The notes: generated from the sequence alone by a model not told the origin. Positions 8,214-16,744 are shown, counted from the first letter of the stretch. The stretch is DNA of 38,534 bases from Thermoflexus hugenholtzii JAD2 (GCA_945861815.1 CAMAVV010000001.1:1-38534), one strand, 5' to 3'. Numbers and translations are program-made.

Positions 8214-8981
8214 TTAGGGAGGAGTGATTGGCGGCTGGATGGTTCGGCCGCCCTCGACGTAGATGGTTTGGCCTGTGATGTACGAGGCCTCATCGGAGGC
8301 GAGGAAGGCCATAGCGTTGGCGATGTCTTCGGGCGTTCCAAGACGCTTCAGGGCGGCACGCTCGATGCCGTCGAGTTCCCACTGGGTTCCCATGTGCTTG
8401 CGGGTCATGCCGGTGATGGTGTGCCCAGGGCCAACGGCATTCACAGTGATTTGATGGGGGCCAAGGTCAACGGCAGCGCCTCTGGTGAAGGTGCGAACGC
8501 CACCTTTAGAGGCGCAGTATGCCGTGGAGTTGCCTTGCACCGTCTCCGCGTTGATGGAGGAGGTGCTGACGATGCGCCCTACGGTTTTGGTCGCGAGCCA
8601 GTGGCGTGCCGCCGCTTGGGAGATGAGGAACGGCGCGATGAGGTTGACGGCGATGACTCGATCAAGGGTCTCCGGCGGGATGTCGGTGAAGAAGCCCCCC
8701 GTGGAGATACCGGCGTTGTTGACGAGGATATCCAGCCTGCCGAAATCGGCGATAGCGCGCTTGACGATTCTCTCGGCGGCATCAGGCGCGGCGACATCTT
8801 GCACGAGGATCGTGGCCTTGCGCCCCAGTTTCGCCACCGCGGCGGCAGTCTCCTTCAGCCCAGCCTCGTTGATATCAACGAGCAGGGAGTCGGCGCCCTC
8901 TTTGGCGAACTTGATGGCTGCGCCTCTGCCGATGCCGTCGGCGGCACCCGTGATGATTGCGATTTTGCCTTGAAGTCTCAT
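8214..8981 (-). CDS. Short-chain dehydrogenase/reductase (classical SDR)
   Basis: TGAADGIGRG cofactor motif, NNAG, catalytic YCASKGG. Confidence 0.9.
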   Translation of the reverse strand: MRLQGKIAIITGAADGIGRGAAIKFAKEGADSLLVDINEAGLKETAAAVAKLGRKATILVQDVAAPDAAERIVKRAIADFGRLDILVNNAGISTGGFFTDIPPETLDRVIAVNLIAPFLISQAAARHWLATKTVGRIVSTSSINAETVQGNSTAYCASKGGVRTFTRGAAVDLGPHQITVNAVGPGHTITGMTRKHMGTQWELDGIERAALKRLGTPEDIANAMAFLASDEASYITGQTIYVEGGRTIQPPITPP

Positions 8982-9003
8982 AGCGAGTTTCTCATTGCAG
9001 GCG

Positions 9004-9762
9004 CTACGCCCAAATGATGCGTCCGCCTTCCACGTAAATCGTTTGCCCCGTGACGTAGGATGCCTCGCTGGAGGCGAGGAAGGCGACGGCGTTTGCGATA
9101 TCTTGAGGCTCGCCGATGCGCCGAAGCGGGATGACGGCGGCGCTCTTCGCTTCGCGGGTCGGGTCGGCGGCGTGGCCGGGCCGCGTCATGCCTGTGCGGG
9201 TATGGCCTGGGCCCACGGCATTGCAGGTGATGCCGTGAGGGCCGAGGTCGAAGGCCATGGCCTTGGTGAGCATGCGAAGCGCGCCTTTGGATGCGCTGTA
9301 TGCAACGGAGTTCGCCTGCACCGATTCGGCGTTGATGGAGCTTGTGCTGACGATGCGCCCGGGCCGCTTCGCTTCAATCCAGTAGCGCGCCGCATGTTGG
9401 GAGAGGAGGAAGGGGGCCTTGAGGTTGACCTCCATGATGCGGTGGAGCTTATCGGTGGGGAACTCGGCGAAGGGGGCGACGAAGACGACGCCGGCGTTGT
9501 TAACGAGGATATCCAGGACGCCGAACTCATCGATGGCGCGCTGAATGATTTTTCCTTGGAGCGTGCGGTCGCTTATATCGGCGACCATCGTCTTTGGCGT
9601 GTAGCCATGCGCACCGGCGAGGCGCGCCGTCTCTTCGACGCCAGCTTTGTTTAGGTCAACGAGGAGCGAATCGGCGCCCTCTTGGGCGAACTTGATGGCG
9701 ATGCCGCGGCCGATGCCGTCGGCTGCGCCGGTGATGATGGTAGCTTTACCGTGGAGGCGCAT
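9004..9762 (-). CDS. Short-chain dehydrogenase/reductase (tandem paralogue)
   Basis: TGAADGIGRG, NNAG, YSASKGA. Clearly paralogous to 8214-8981. Confidence 0.9.
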   Translation of the reverse strand: MRLHGKATIITGAADGIGRGIAIKFAQEGADSLLVDLNKAGVEETARLAGAHGYTPKTMVADISDRTLQGKIIQRAIDEFGVLDILVNNAGVVFVAPFAEFPTDKLHRIMEVNLKAPFLLSQHAARYWIEAKRPGRIVSTSSINAESVQANSVAYSASKGALRMLTKAMAFDLGPHGITCNAVGPGHTRTGMTRPGHAADPTREAKSAAVIPLRRIGEPQDIANAVAFLASSEASYVTGQTIYVEGGRIIWA

Positions 9763-9777
9763 AGGCGGTGTGTAGGG

Positions 9778-9966
9778 TTATTTGTGGTCGGAGGCGAGGA
9801 TGCCGCCTTCGGCCCAGTTCGACTTATCGATGTCGTCGAAGATGACGATGGTGTGGTCGGCTGAGGTTTTGGCAATGCGGACGACGGCGTCGGTGATTTC
9901 CTTGGCCAGTTCGGCCTTCTGTTCGTGGGTGCGTCCGGTCCACATCTCCACTCTGACGATAGGCAT
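9778..9966 (-). CDS. 4-oxalocrotonate tautomerase family protein
   Basis: 62 aa, MPIVRVEMWTGRTHEQKAELAKEITDAV with the Pro-1 signature and typical length. Strong SD GGAGGTG. Confidence 0.85.
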   Translation of the reverse strand: MPIVRVEMWTGRTHEQKAELAKEITDAVVRIAKTSADHTIVIFDDIDKSNWAEGGILASDHK

Positions 9967-10027
9967 GAGCCACCTCCAAATGATGCCGCGCGGCGCGGCG
10001 GGAAAATGGGTGTTGGACAGCCGGGGG

Positions 10028-10036
10028 ATTATAGCA
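10028..10036 (-). promoter_or_regulatory. Extended -10 promoter (TGcTATAAT) for the tautomerase operon
   Basis: Minus strand CATGCTATAATCC, about 60 nt upstream of ATG 9966. The -35 is weak. Confidence 0.6.
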
Positions 10037-10065
10037 TGGGGAAGGGGGCCTTTCTGATGCGGCTA

Positions 10066-10103
10066 AGATACAAAAAGGGCGGCCCCGATTCATCGGGGCC
10101 GCC
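10066..10103 (-). terminator. Rho-independent terminator of htpX
   Basis: Perfect 11-bp stem GGCGGCCCCGA-TTCA-TCGGGGCCGCC (10078-10103), followed on the minus strand by CTTTTTGTAT. It lies 25 nt after the stop at 10129. Confidence 0.85.
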
Positions 10104-10128
10104 TGCTCAGAACGATGCGACGTTTGGC

Positions 10129-11016
10129 TTAGTACAAGACCAAGGCCCGCAGGCGGCGAACGCGCTCCTGGATGGGCGGGTGCGTGGAGAAGAGGTTCAC
10201 CATGCCGCCGCCACTCTCTTTGGCGTGCATCTCAGCCGCGCCAAGGGGGTTGACGATGTACATGTGGGCCATCGCCTCGTTGGCGGCGGAGGCCTTCATG
10301 GGCTTGCGGCTCACGAAGCTGCCGAGCTTTTCCAGGCCGTTGGCAAGGGCTTGCGGATTGCGGATGATTTTCGCGCCTGCGTCGTCGGCGGCGTACTCCC
10401 GCGTTCGCGAGATGGCGAAGCGAATGAGAGACGCCATCAGCGGGAGCAGGATGATGGAGGCGATGAGGGCGACGATGCCGATGGCGTTGCCGCCCCCGCG
10501 GCTATCGCGCCGGCCGCCGCCAAGGAGGAGGGACCACTGGGCCATGGTGGCAAGGAAGGCGATGATACCCGCCAGCACTGCGACGGTGGTCATCACCAGC
10601 ATGTCGCGGTTCTTGATGTGGGCCATCTCGTGGGCGATGACGCCGCGCAACTCTTCCTCGTTGAGGAGGGTGCGGATGCCTGTGGTCACGGCGACGACGG
10701 AGTGGCTGGGGCTGCGGCCAGTGGCAAAGGCGTTGGGCGAATCGTTGGTGATGAGGTAGACCCGGGGCTTGGGCAAGTTCGCCAGGCGCGCCACGTCGGC
10801 GATCAAGGCGTGGAGGCGAGGCTCTTCCTTCTCGGTGACCGGCTTCGCGCCAGCCATCGTGAGGGCGAGCTTATCGCCGAACCAGAAGCCGAAGATGTTC
10901 ATCAGTCCGGCGAAGATGGCGGCGATGATCAGGCCTTGGGGGCCGAAGGCAGCGCCGGCGACGATAACGAGCACGGTCAGGACGATGATCAAGCTGAACG
11001 TCTTTACCCAGCTCAT
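10129..11016 (-). CDS. htpX: Zinc metalloprotease HtpX (M48 family)
   Basis: Hydrophobic N-terminal segments, HEMAHIKNRD zinc motif, EYAAD, C-terminal THPPIQERV. Confidence 0.9.
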   Translation of the reverse strand: MSWVKTFSLIIVLTVLVIVAGAAFGPQGLIIAAIFAGLMNIFGFWFGDKLALTMAGAKPVTEKEEPRLHALIADVARLANLPKPRVYLITNDSPNAFATGRSPSHSVVAVTTGIRTLLNEEELRGVIAHEMAHIKNRDMLVMTTVAVLAGIIAFLATMAQWSLLLGGGRRDSRGGGNAIGIVALIASIILLPLMASLIRFAISRTREYAADDAGAKIIRNPQALANGLEKLGSFVSRKPMKASAANEAMAHMYIVNPLGAAEMHAKESGGGMVNLFSTHPPIQERVRRLRALVLY

Positions 11017-11093
11017 ATCTGTTCAGGCTACCTTTCCTTCAGGGGCGCCTGCGCGCGCAGGCCTTGATTGAATGTCACTACCCTGGAAGAGGG

Positions 11094-11102
11094 ATTATAT
11101 CA
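11094..11102 (-). promoter_or_regulatory. Extended -10 promoter (TGaTATAAT) for htpX
   Basis: Minus strand GGTGATATAATCC, 77 nt upstream of ATG 11016. Confidence 0.55.
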
Positions 11103-11131
11103 CCGGCGAGATTTGAAAGGCCTGTGACCGC

Positions 11132-11797
11132 CTAGCCGAGCCAGGAGAAGTCGAAGTCGCGAAGGGTGGCGATCACGTGGTCGGCCTTGGAGATATCCAT
11201 TCCGGCGGTGTGGGGCGTGCGGATGGCGATAGTGGTGATATTCGCCGCCTTGGCCGAACCGATACCGCGAGGGGAGTCTTCGATGGCGATGCAGTCAGCC
11301 ACAGGGATGCCCAGCTTCTTGGCGGCGAAGAGATAAAGGTCAGGCGCGGGCTTGGCGTGCGGGACCATATCGGCGGTGGCAATGATGCTAAAGCGGCCTT
11401 CCACGTTCAGCTTGCGCGTGATGGCCTGCGCCCAGTTGAGTTGGGACGAGGTGGCGAGGGCGATGCGCACCTTCCGCCTCTCCAATTCGTCAAGGAGCCA
11501 GTAGAGGCCAGACGATGGCTCCGGTTTGACCTTCAGGATATCCACCACAGCCTTGTCGTACTGGCGCTTCCACTGGGCAACGTCGCCGCCTAGCTTGAAG
11601 CGGCCGATAACGTACTCCCACGTGTAGTCGATGCTGCTGCCCATTATGGCGCGATGGTCATCGTGCGTGAGGACATGGCCGTGGCTCGCCAAGACGACGT
11701 TGATGGCCTCGGCGTAGAAAGGTTCGCTATCGGTGATGACGCCATCCATGTCAAAGATGACGGCACGTTTTTTGGAGGGAGATGTGGTGGAGGACAT
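11132..11797 (-). CDS. HAD-superfamily hydrolase (beta-phosphoglucomutase/phosphatase-like, subfamily IA)
   Basis: Motif I VIFDMDGVITDSE, later ATSS and IEDSPRGIGSA. Start taken at ATG 11797, because the longer ORF to 11974 adds a non-homologous leader. Confidence 0.8.
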   Translation of the reverse strand: MSSTTSPSKKRAVIFDMDGVITDSEPFYAEAINVVLASHGHVLTHDDHRAIMGSSIDYTWEYVIGRFKLGGDVAQWKRQYDKAVVDILKVKPEPSSGLYWLLDELERRKVRIALATSSQLNWAQAITRKLNVEGRFSIIATADMVPHAKPAPDLYLFAAKKLGIPVADCIAIEDSPRGIGSAKAANITTIAIRTPHTAGMDISKADHVIATLRDFDFSWLG

Positions 11798-11870
11798 GGA
11801 TAGCGTACAGCTTGCTTTCTTCAGGAAACACCATTGTATGTGAAGGAGAGAAGAGGCGTCGAGCAGGGAC

Positions 11871-12548
11871 ATGCTATGCTGGGTTGTCCACGCCGAAAGG
11901 AAGCTCTTGACCGTCATCTTCTCATCGCCAAGCCTTGAAGTCCGGCAGGTCTCCTGCGGGCCGTACGACAACAATTGCTATGTCTTGGTCTGCCCAAAGA
12001 CTGGAGAGAGCGTCATCGTCGATACGCCTGCCGAGCCGGAGAAGGCGCTGGCGCTGGCGAAGGGGACCATGGTCAAGGCCATCCTCATGACCCATTGCCA
12101 CGGCGACCACGTCACGGGCCACCAGGAGATCAGGCGGGCGACGAATGCGCCCGTCTGGGTCCACGAGTCAGAGGCGGGCCAGTTGCCGACGCCGCCAGAG
12201 CGCCGCTTTCAGCACGAAGGGACCATCACCTTTGGCCAGGTGACGCTGCGCACCATCCACGTCCCAGGTCACACGACCGGCGGTACGTGTCTTCTCTGGC
12301 AGAACCAGCTGATCTCGGGCGATACGCTCTTTCCAAACGGCCCCGGCAAGACCTGGAGCGCTGAGGCGTTCAAGCAGCTTGTCGGTTCGCTGAAGGAGCG
12401 CATCTTTACGCTTCCCGACGATGTTGCCGTCTACCCAGGGCACGGGCGCACTACAGTGCTTTCTCGGGAGAAGGCGCAGTTCCGCGACTTCGAGAGCCGC
12501 CAGCATAGGCATGACCTGTGCGGCGACGTTGTTTGGCTAAAGGACTAA
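11871..12548 (+). CDS. MBL-fold metallo-hydrolase (glyoxalase II-like)
   Basis: THCHGDH metal motif, HVPGHTTG, YPGHG. An alternative TTG start at 11907 is preceded by AAGGA. Confidence 0.8.
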   Translation: MLCWVVHAERKLLTVIFSSPSLEVRQVSCGPYDNNCYVLVCPKTGESVIVDTPAEPEKALALAKGTMVKAILMTHCHGDHVTGHQEIRRATNAPVWVHESEAGQLPTPPERRFQHEGTITFGQVTLRTIHVPGHTTGGTCLLWQNQLISGDTLFPNGPGKTWSAEAFKQLVGSLKERIFTLPDDVAVYPGHGRTTVLSREKAQFRDFESRQHRHDLCGDVVWLKD

Positions 12549-12553
12549 CTGCT

Positions 12554-13840
12554 ATGCCCGTTCGACATCTCAATGGCCTGTATCAGAAATCGACGCTGCC
12601 CAACGGCCTGCGCGTCATCACCGTGCCCATGTCCCACGTTCGCTCAGCCACGGTGGCGATCTTCGTCGGCACAGGGTCGCGCTATGAGAAGAAGGAAGAG
12701 GCGGGCATCTCCCATTTCATCGAGCATATGCACTTCAAGGGCACCAAGAACCGGCCTGTGCCACAGCAGATCTCAGAGACGATCGAGAGAGTCGGCGGGT
12801 ACCTGAACGCCGGCACCGATAGCGAACTGACATCCTACTGGGCGAAGGTCCCAAAGCCGGCATTCGAGATGACCGTCGACCTCCTCAGCGACATGCTCCT
12901 CAACTCGCTCCTGCGGGCGAAGGACATCGAAGGCGAGCGGAAGGTCATCTTGGAGGAGATCAACTCCATCAACGATTCGCCACAGCAGCGCGTCGACATG
13001 CTGATCGACGACTTGCTCTGGCCGGACCAGCCACTGGGGCGTGACGCCGGAGGGACGAAAGAGGCTGTCAGCAAGCTGACGCGCAGGCAGATGCTGCACT
13101 ACAGAGGGACGCAGTACGCGCCGAACAACGCCGTGGTGGCGGTCGCGGGCGCCTTCGAGCATGAGGAGATCGTGCTGACGATGCAGCGCCGCTTCGAGGC
13201 TTGGAAACGAACAAAACCACGGGCGTGGTTCCCTGCGGTGAACGGAAAGAAGAGCCCCCGCGTGGGCGTGCGCAAGCAGAAGACGGAGCAGGCGCATCTG
13301 TGCATCTCGTACCACGGCCTCTCCGCGACGCACCCGGACCGTTACGCCCTGGACGTTCTCAACAATATCCTCGGCGATGGCATGAGCAGCAGGCTCTTCA
13401 TCGACCTCCGGGAGAATCGAAGCCTTTGCTATGAGGTCTTCAGCTATGTCAGCCACTTCATGGACACTGGGGCTGTGACGGTCTATGCCGGCGTGGATGC
13501 GAAAAGCATCGACGAGGCGGTCACGGGCATCCTCGCCCAAGTGGATGGTGTGATCGCCGGTGTGACGAACGACGAGATGAAGAAGGCGAAGGAGATGACG
13601 AAGGGGCGGCTCCTCCTGCAGACCGAGGATACGCGCAGCATGGCGGCCTGGCACGGTGTGCAGGAGACGCTGCGCGGCGAAATCAAAACGATGGACGACA
13701 CCGTCGAGAATATCGACAAGGTGACGGCGGACGACGTTCAGCGTGTCGCGAAAAAGTTGCTGACTCGAGAGCGGGCGCTGCTTGGCGTGGTTGGCCCCTA
13801 TAAGAGCGAGGCGCGCTTCCAGAGGCTGTTGGAGGGGTAA
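12554..13840 (+). CDS. M16-family (pitrilysin) zinc peptidase
   Basis: Inverted zinc motif HFIEHMHFKGT (HxxEH), LPNGLRV N-terminus, about 428 aa. Confidence 0.85.
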   Translation: MPVRHLNGLYQKSTLPNGLRVITVPMSHVRSATVAIFVGTGSRYEKKEEAGISHFIEHMHFKGTKNRPVPQQISETIERVGGYLNAGTDSELTSYWAKVPKPAFEMTVDLLSDMLLNSLLRAKDIEGERKVILEEINSINDSPQQRVDMLIDDLLWPDQPLGRDAGGTKEAVSKLTRRQMLHYRGTQYAPNNAVVAVAGAFEHEEIVLTMQRRFEAWKRTKPRAWFPAVNGKKSPRVGVRKQKTEQAHLCISYHGLSATHPDRYALDVLNNILGDGMSSRLFIDLRENRSLCYEVFSYVSHFMDTGAVTVYAGVDAKSIDEAVTGILAQVDGVIAGVTNDEMKKAKEMTKGRLLLQTEDTRSMAAWHGVQETLRGEIKTMDDTVENIDKVTADDVQRVAKKLLTRERALLGVVGPYKSEARFQRLLEG

Positions 13841-13874
13841 CTCCAAACAGACTCAGGGCGCGGAGCACGCGCCC

Positions 13875-14285
13875 CTACTTCCGAACCGTGAACTTCGGGA
13901 TGCTGACCTCAGGCGTCGCATCCTCAAAGGTCACCTCCACCGGCGTGCCTATCTTCACAGCGTAGGGGTCGTTTGCCAGGACGTTGGTGAGCATCTGCAC
14001 GCCCTCATCGAGCGTCACGTAGGCCAGCACATAAGGGCCCTGTTCGCGGAAGCCCGGGGACTTGTTCTGGTGCACGACGGACATGCTGTAGACGACACCC
14101 TTCCCTGACGCCTTGCGCCATTCGATATCGGCCTTGAGGCAGTGGGGGCAGATGGCCTGCGGCGGGAAGAAATAGTCCTTGCAATGCTTGCACCAGGGCA
14201 GAAGAAGCTCGTGGCGCTTGCAGCCCTCCCAGTAGGGCTTTGTTTCGACATCCGCAGTCGGAACGGGCTTCAGATAGTCGGCCAC
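13875..14285 (-). CDS. Zn-ribbon/OB-fold protein (DUF35 family)
   Basis: C4 ribbon CKHCKDYFFPPQAICPHC followed by an OB-like YVLAYVTLDEGVQMLTNV...VEVTFED. Start taken as GTG 14285 after GGGAG. The longer ORF to 14351 would contain the upstream terminator hairpin. Confidence 0.75.
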   Translation of the reverse strand: MADYLKPVPTADVETKPYWEGCKRHELLLPWCKHCKDYFFPPQAICPHCLKADIEWRKASGKGVVYSMSVVHQNKSPGFREQGPYVLAYVTLDEGVQMLTNVLANDPYAVKIGTPVEVTFEDATPEVSIPKFTVRK

Positions 14286-14311
14286 GGCGCTGCTCCCACG
14301 CAATGCTTTGC

Positions 14312-14343
14312 GAAAAAAAGGAAGCGGGGACACCTGTCCCCGC
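14312..14343 (-). terminator. Rho-independent terminator after the Lys/Ala-rich protein gene
   Basis: GCGGGGACA-CC-TGTCCCCGC (14324-14343), followed on the minus strand by TTCCTTTTTTTCG. It lies 28 nt after the stop at 14372. Confidence 0.85.
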
Positions 14344-14371
14344 GTGCACACGGCGTTTCAGGCGAAAGCGG

Positions 14372-14878
14372 CTAGTCGAGCAGGGGAATCGAGGTCCATT
14401 GCACCGACTCGGCGTTGCTGACGAGCGCCTGCTTGCCAGCCATCTCGCGGATGGCGAGGAGCGTCATATTAACTTCCGGTGTGAGGAACTGCCAGGCGGG
14501 AGGCGGCGGGAACCAATAGGGGGAGTTGATGCGAACGACCTTGCTCTCGCCGGCATTGAGATAGATGCCGAACTTGCCATCCTTCGGCCATACTTCAATG
14601 CCCCAGGCTTTCTTTGGCGCAGCTTTCGGAGCGGCGGCTTTGACAGGAGCAGCCTTCTTTGGCGCGGCCTTAGGAGCAACAGCTTTGGCCTTGGGAGCGG
14701 CCTTCTTTGGCGGCGCTTTCTTGACTACGGCCTTCTTAGCCGGAGCCTTCTTTGCAGGAGCTTTCTTGGCTGGCGCCTTTTTCTTTGGCGCAGCCTTTTT
14801 CACAGCGGTCTTCTTAACCACGGCCTTCTTGGCCACAGCCTTCTTCGCAACGGCCTTCTTTTTCTTCGCCTTCGGCAT
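14372..14878 (-). CDS. Histone-H1-like Lys/Ala/Pro-rich protein with a C-terminal globular domain of about 77 aa
   Basis: 168 aa. The first 90 residues contain only M, P, K, A, V and T, with 35 Lys and no Asp or Glu. Residues 92-168 are ordinary sequence (WGIEVWPKDGKFGIYLNAGESK...). Strong SD AAGGAGGAG and its own terminator. Confidence 0.7.
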   Translation of the reverse strand: MPKAKKKKAVAKKAVAKKAVVKKTAVKKAAPKKKAPAKKAPAKKAPAKKAVVKKAPPKKAAPKAKAVAPKAAPKKAAPVKAAAPKAAPKKAWGIEVWPKDGKFGIYLNAGESKVVRINSPYWFPPPPAWQFLTPEVNMTLLAIREMAGKQALVSNAESVQWTSIPLLD

Positions 14879-14902
14879 AGACTCCTCCTTGGGTATCAGG
14901 CG

Positions 14903-16744
14903 TCACTCGACGGTGACAGTCTTGGCAAGGTTTCGAGGCTGATCAACGTCGGCGCCCCGCCTCACGGCGATATAGTATGCCAGCAACTGCAAAGGGGCAA
15001 CTGTGAGAAGCGGCGAGAGCAACTCGGTAACCTCTGGTAGAAATACCACATCTTTAACCTTCTCGCCAATAGATTCATCGCCTTTGGTTGCAATGGCGAT
15101 GAGCCGTCCCTCGCGGGCGCGCACCTCTTCTATATTGCTCATCATCTTGTCATAAAGTCTGTCTTTGGGCGCAATCGCCAGGACGGGCATATGCTCGTCG
15201 ATGAGGGCGATGGGACCGTGTTTCATCTCGCCAGCCTGGTAGCCCTCGGCGTGGATATAGCTGACCTCTTTGAGTTTCAGCGCACCTTCCATAGCGACGG
15301 GGAAGTTGATGCCACGGCCGAGGATGAGGAAGTTTGGCTTCTTGGCCAGGTCTCTGGCGATCATTTCCACCTGGGGCGCTAATTGCAGCACTTCGCCAAG
15401 CTGTTCGGGCAGCTTCACAAGGTGATCTATGTGCTGGCGGATGGACTCCTTGCTCAGGATACCGCGCATTTCGCCCAGGGTAAGGCCCAACAGGTAGAGG
15501 CAGGCGACGGAGCCGATAAAGGTCTTGGTGCTCGCCACCGCGATCTCCGGCCCGGCGTTGATGAGCAGGGAGTAGTCGGCTTTGCGCGTTGCCTCGGAGC
15601 CGGCGACGTTTGTGACGGCGATCTGCGGTGCGCCTTTGATCTTCGCCTCAGCCATCGCCACAAGGGTATCGACGGTCTCACCCGACTGCGTGACGGAGAT
15701 GACCAGGGTGTTGGGGCCAAGGATAGCGTCGCGGTAGCGAAACTCTGAGGCGTTCTCCACTTCGCAGGGGATGCGCGCCAGCCGCTCGATCATCCGCCCG
15801 CCTATCTGGGCGGCGTGAAGGCTGGTGCCCATGCCAAGGAGCACCGCGCGGTCGATGGCTTTGATCTGGGCCTGCTTGAAGGGAAAGCCGGGGAGGGTAA
15901 CTTTGGACGACTGGAAATCGATGCGGTCGCGAAGGGCGCTCATGAGCGTCTCGGGCTGCTCCATGATTTCCTTGAGCATGAAGTGGCGGTACTGGCCCTT
16001 TGCCGCCGAGACCGGGTCGTGGGTGACGGCTTGGGGTTCTTTCGCCACCGGCGTGCCATCGAGCCGGACAAAGCGCGCCGACGCGGGAGTGATAACCGCC
16101 ATCTCGCCATCGTGCAGATAGGCTGCCTCTTTTATCTGCGGGGCGATGGCCGTGAGGTCGCTGGCGAGATACATCTCTCCGTGGGCATAGCCGACGACAA
16201 GGCCGCCAGCGTGGCCGATGCGTACGCCGATGATCTTCCCGGGCTCTTTGGCGTTGATGACGACGATGGCGTGTGCCCCGTGGAGCTGAGCCGCCGCCTT
16301 GCGCACTGCCTCTTCGAAGGAGTCCCCCTTCTCCATCAGGCTTTGGATGAGATGGGGGATGACTTCGGAATCGGTCTGCGACTTGAAGTGATGCCCTTGC
16401 CCCTGGAGGCGTTCCTTGATCTCGCGGTAGTTCTCCACGATGCCGTTGTGGACGGCGGCGATGTTGCCGTGCTGGTCCGTGTGCGGGTGGGCGTTCGCCT
16501 CGTTCGGCTTGCCGTGGGTAGCCCAGCGCGTGTGGCCGATGCCAAGTGTCCCCTGGCCGGGGTTGCCCATCACCGCGATGAGCTGGCTGAGCTTCCCTTC
16601 GCCTTTGCGGATGACCAGTTCGCCGTTCGGCTCAAGGACAGCCACACCGGAGCTGTCATAGCCCCGGTATTCAAGCCGCTTGAGCCCGCTCAGGATGATG
16701 GGAACAGCGAGCTTGTTGCCGGCGTAGCCGATGATGCCGCACAT
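14903..16744 (-). CDS. glmS: Glutamine--fructose-6-phosphate aminotransferase
   Basis: MCGIIGY Ntn-Cys N-terminus, two SIS domains, C-terminal PRNLAKTVTVE, 613 aa. Confidence 0.95.
   Translation of the reverse strand: MCGIIGYAGNKLAVPIILSGLKRLEYRGYDSSGVAVLEPNGELVIRKGEGKLSQLIAVMGNPGQGTLGIGHTRWATHGKPNEANAHPHTDQHGNIAAVHNGIVENYREIKERLQGQGHHFKSQTDSEVIPHLIQSLMEKGDSFEEAVRKAAAQLHGAHAIVVINAKEPGKIIGVRIGHAGGLVVGYAHGEMYLASDLTAIAPQIKEAAYLHDGEMAVITPASARFVRLDGTPVAKEPQAVTHDPVSAAKGQYRHFMLKEIMEQPETLMSALRDRIDFQSSKVTLPGFPFKQAQIKAIDRAVLLGMGTSLHAAQIGGRMIERLARIPCEVENASEFRYRDAILGPNTLVISVTQSGETVDTLVAMAEAKIKGAPQIAVTNVAGSEATRKADYSLLINAGPEIAVASTKTFIGSVACLYLLGLTLGEMRGILSKESIRQHIDHLVKLPEQLGEVLQLAPQVEMIARDLAKKPNFLILGRGINFPVAMEGALKLKEVSYIHAEGYQAGEMKHGPIALIDEHMPVLAIAPKDRLYDKMMSNIEEVRAREGRLIAIATKGDESIGEKVKDVVFLPEVTELLSPLLTVAPLQLLAYYIAVRRGADVDQPRNLAKTVTVE

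Noticed and set aside
13856-13874. Hairpin GGGCGCG-GAGCA-CGCGCCC between the convergent M16 and DUF35 genes, as a bidirectional terminator
   Set aside because: The stem is only 7 bp, there is no U-tract on either strand, and it abuts the DUF35 stop codon. It is too weak to call.
14600-14878. Short tandem DNA repeats (GCCTTCTT-like units) as a CRISPR array, or the antisense ORFs 14565-14942 and 14240-15040
   Set aside because: The periodicity is the coding repeat of the KAAP/AKKA protein tail, which has a strong SD and terminator on the minus strand. There is no repeat-spacer structure, and the plus-strand ORFs are mirror artefacts (F/G/A-rich).
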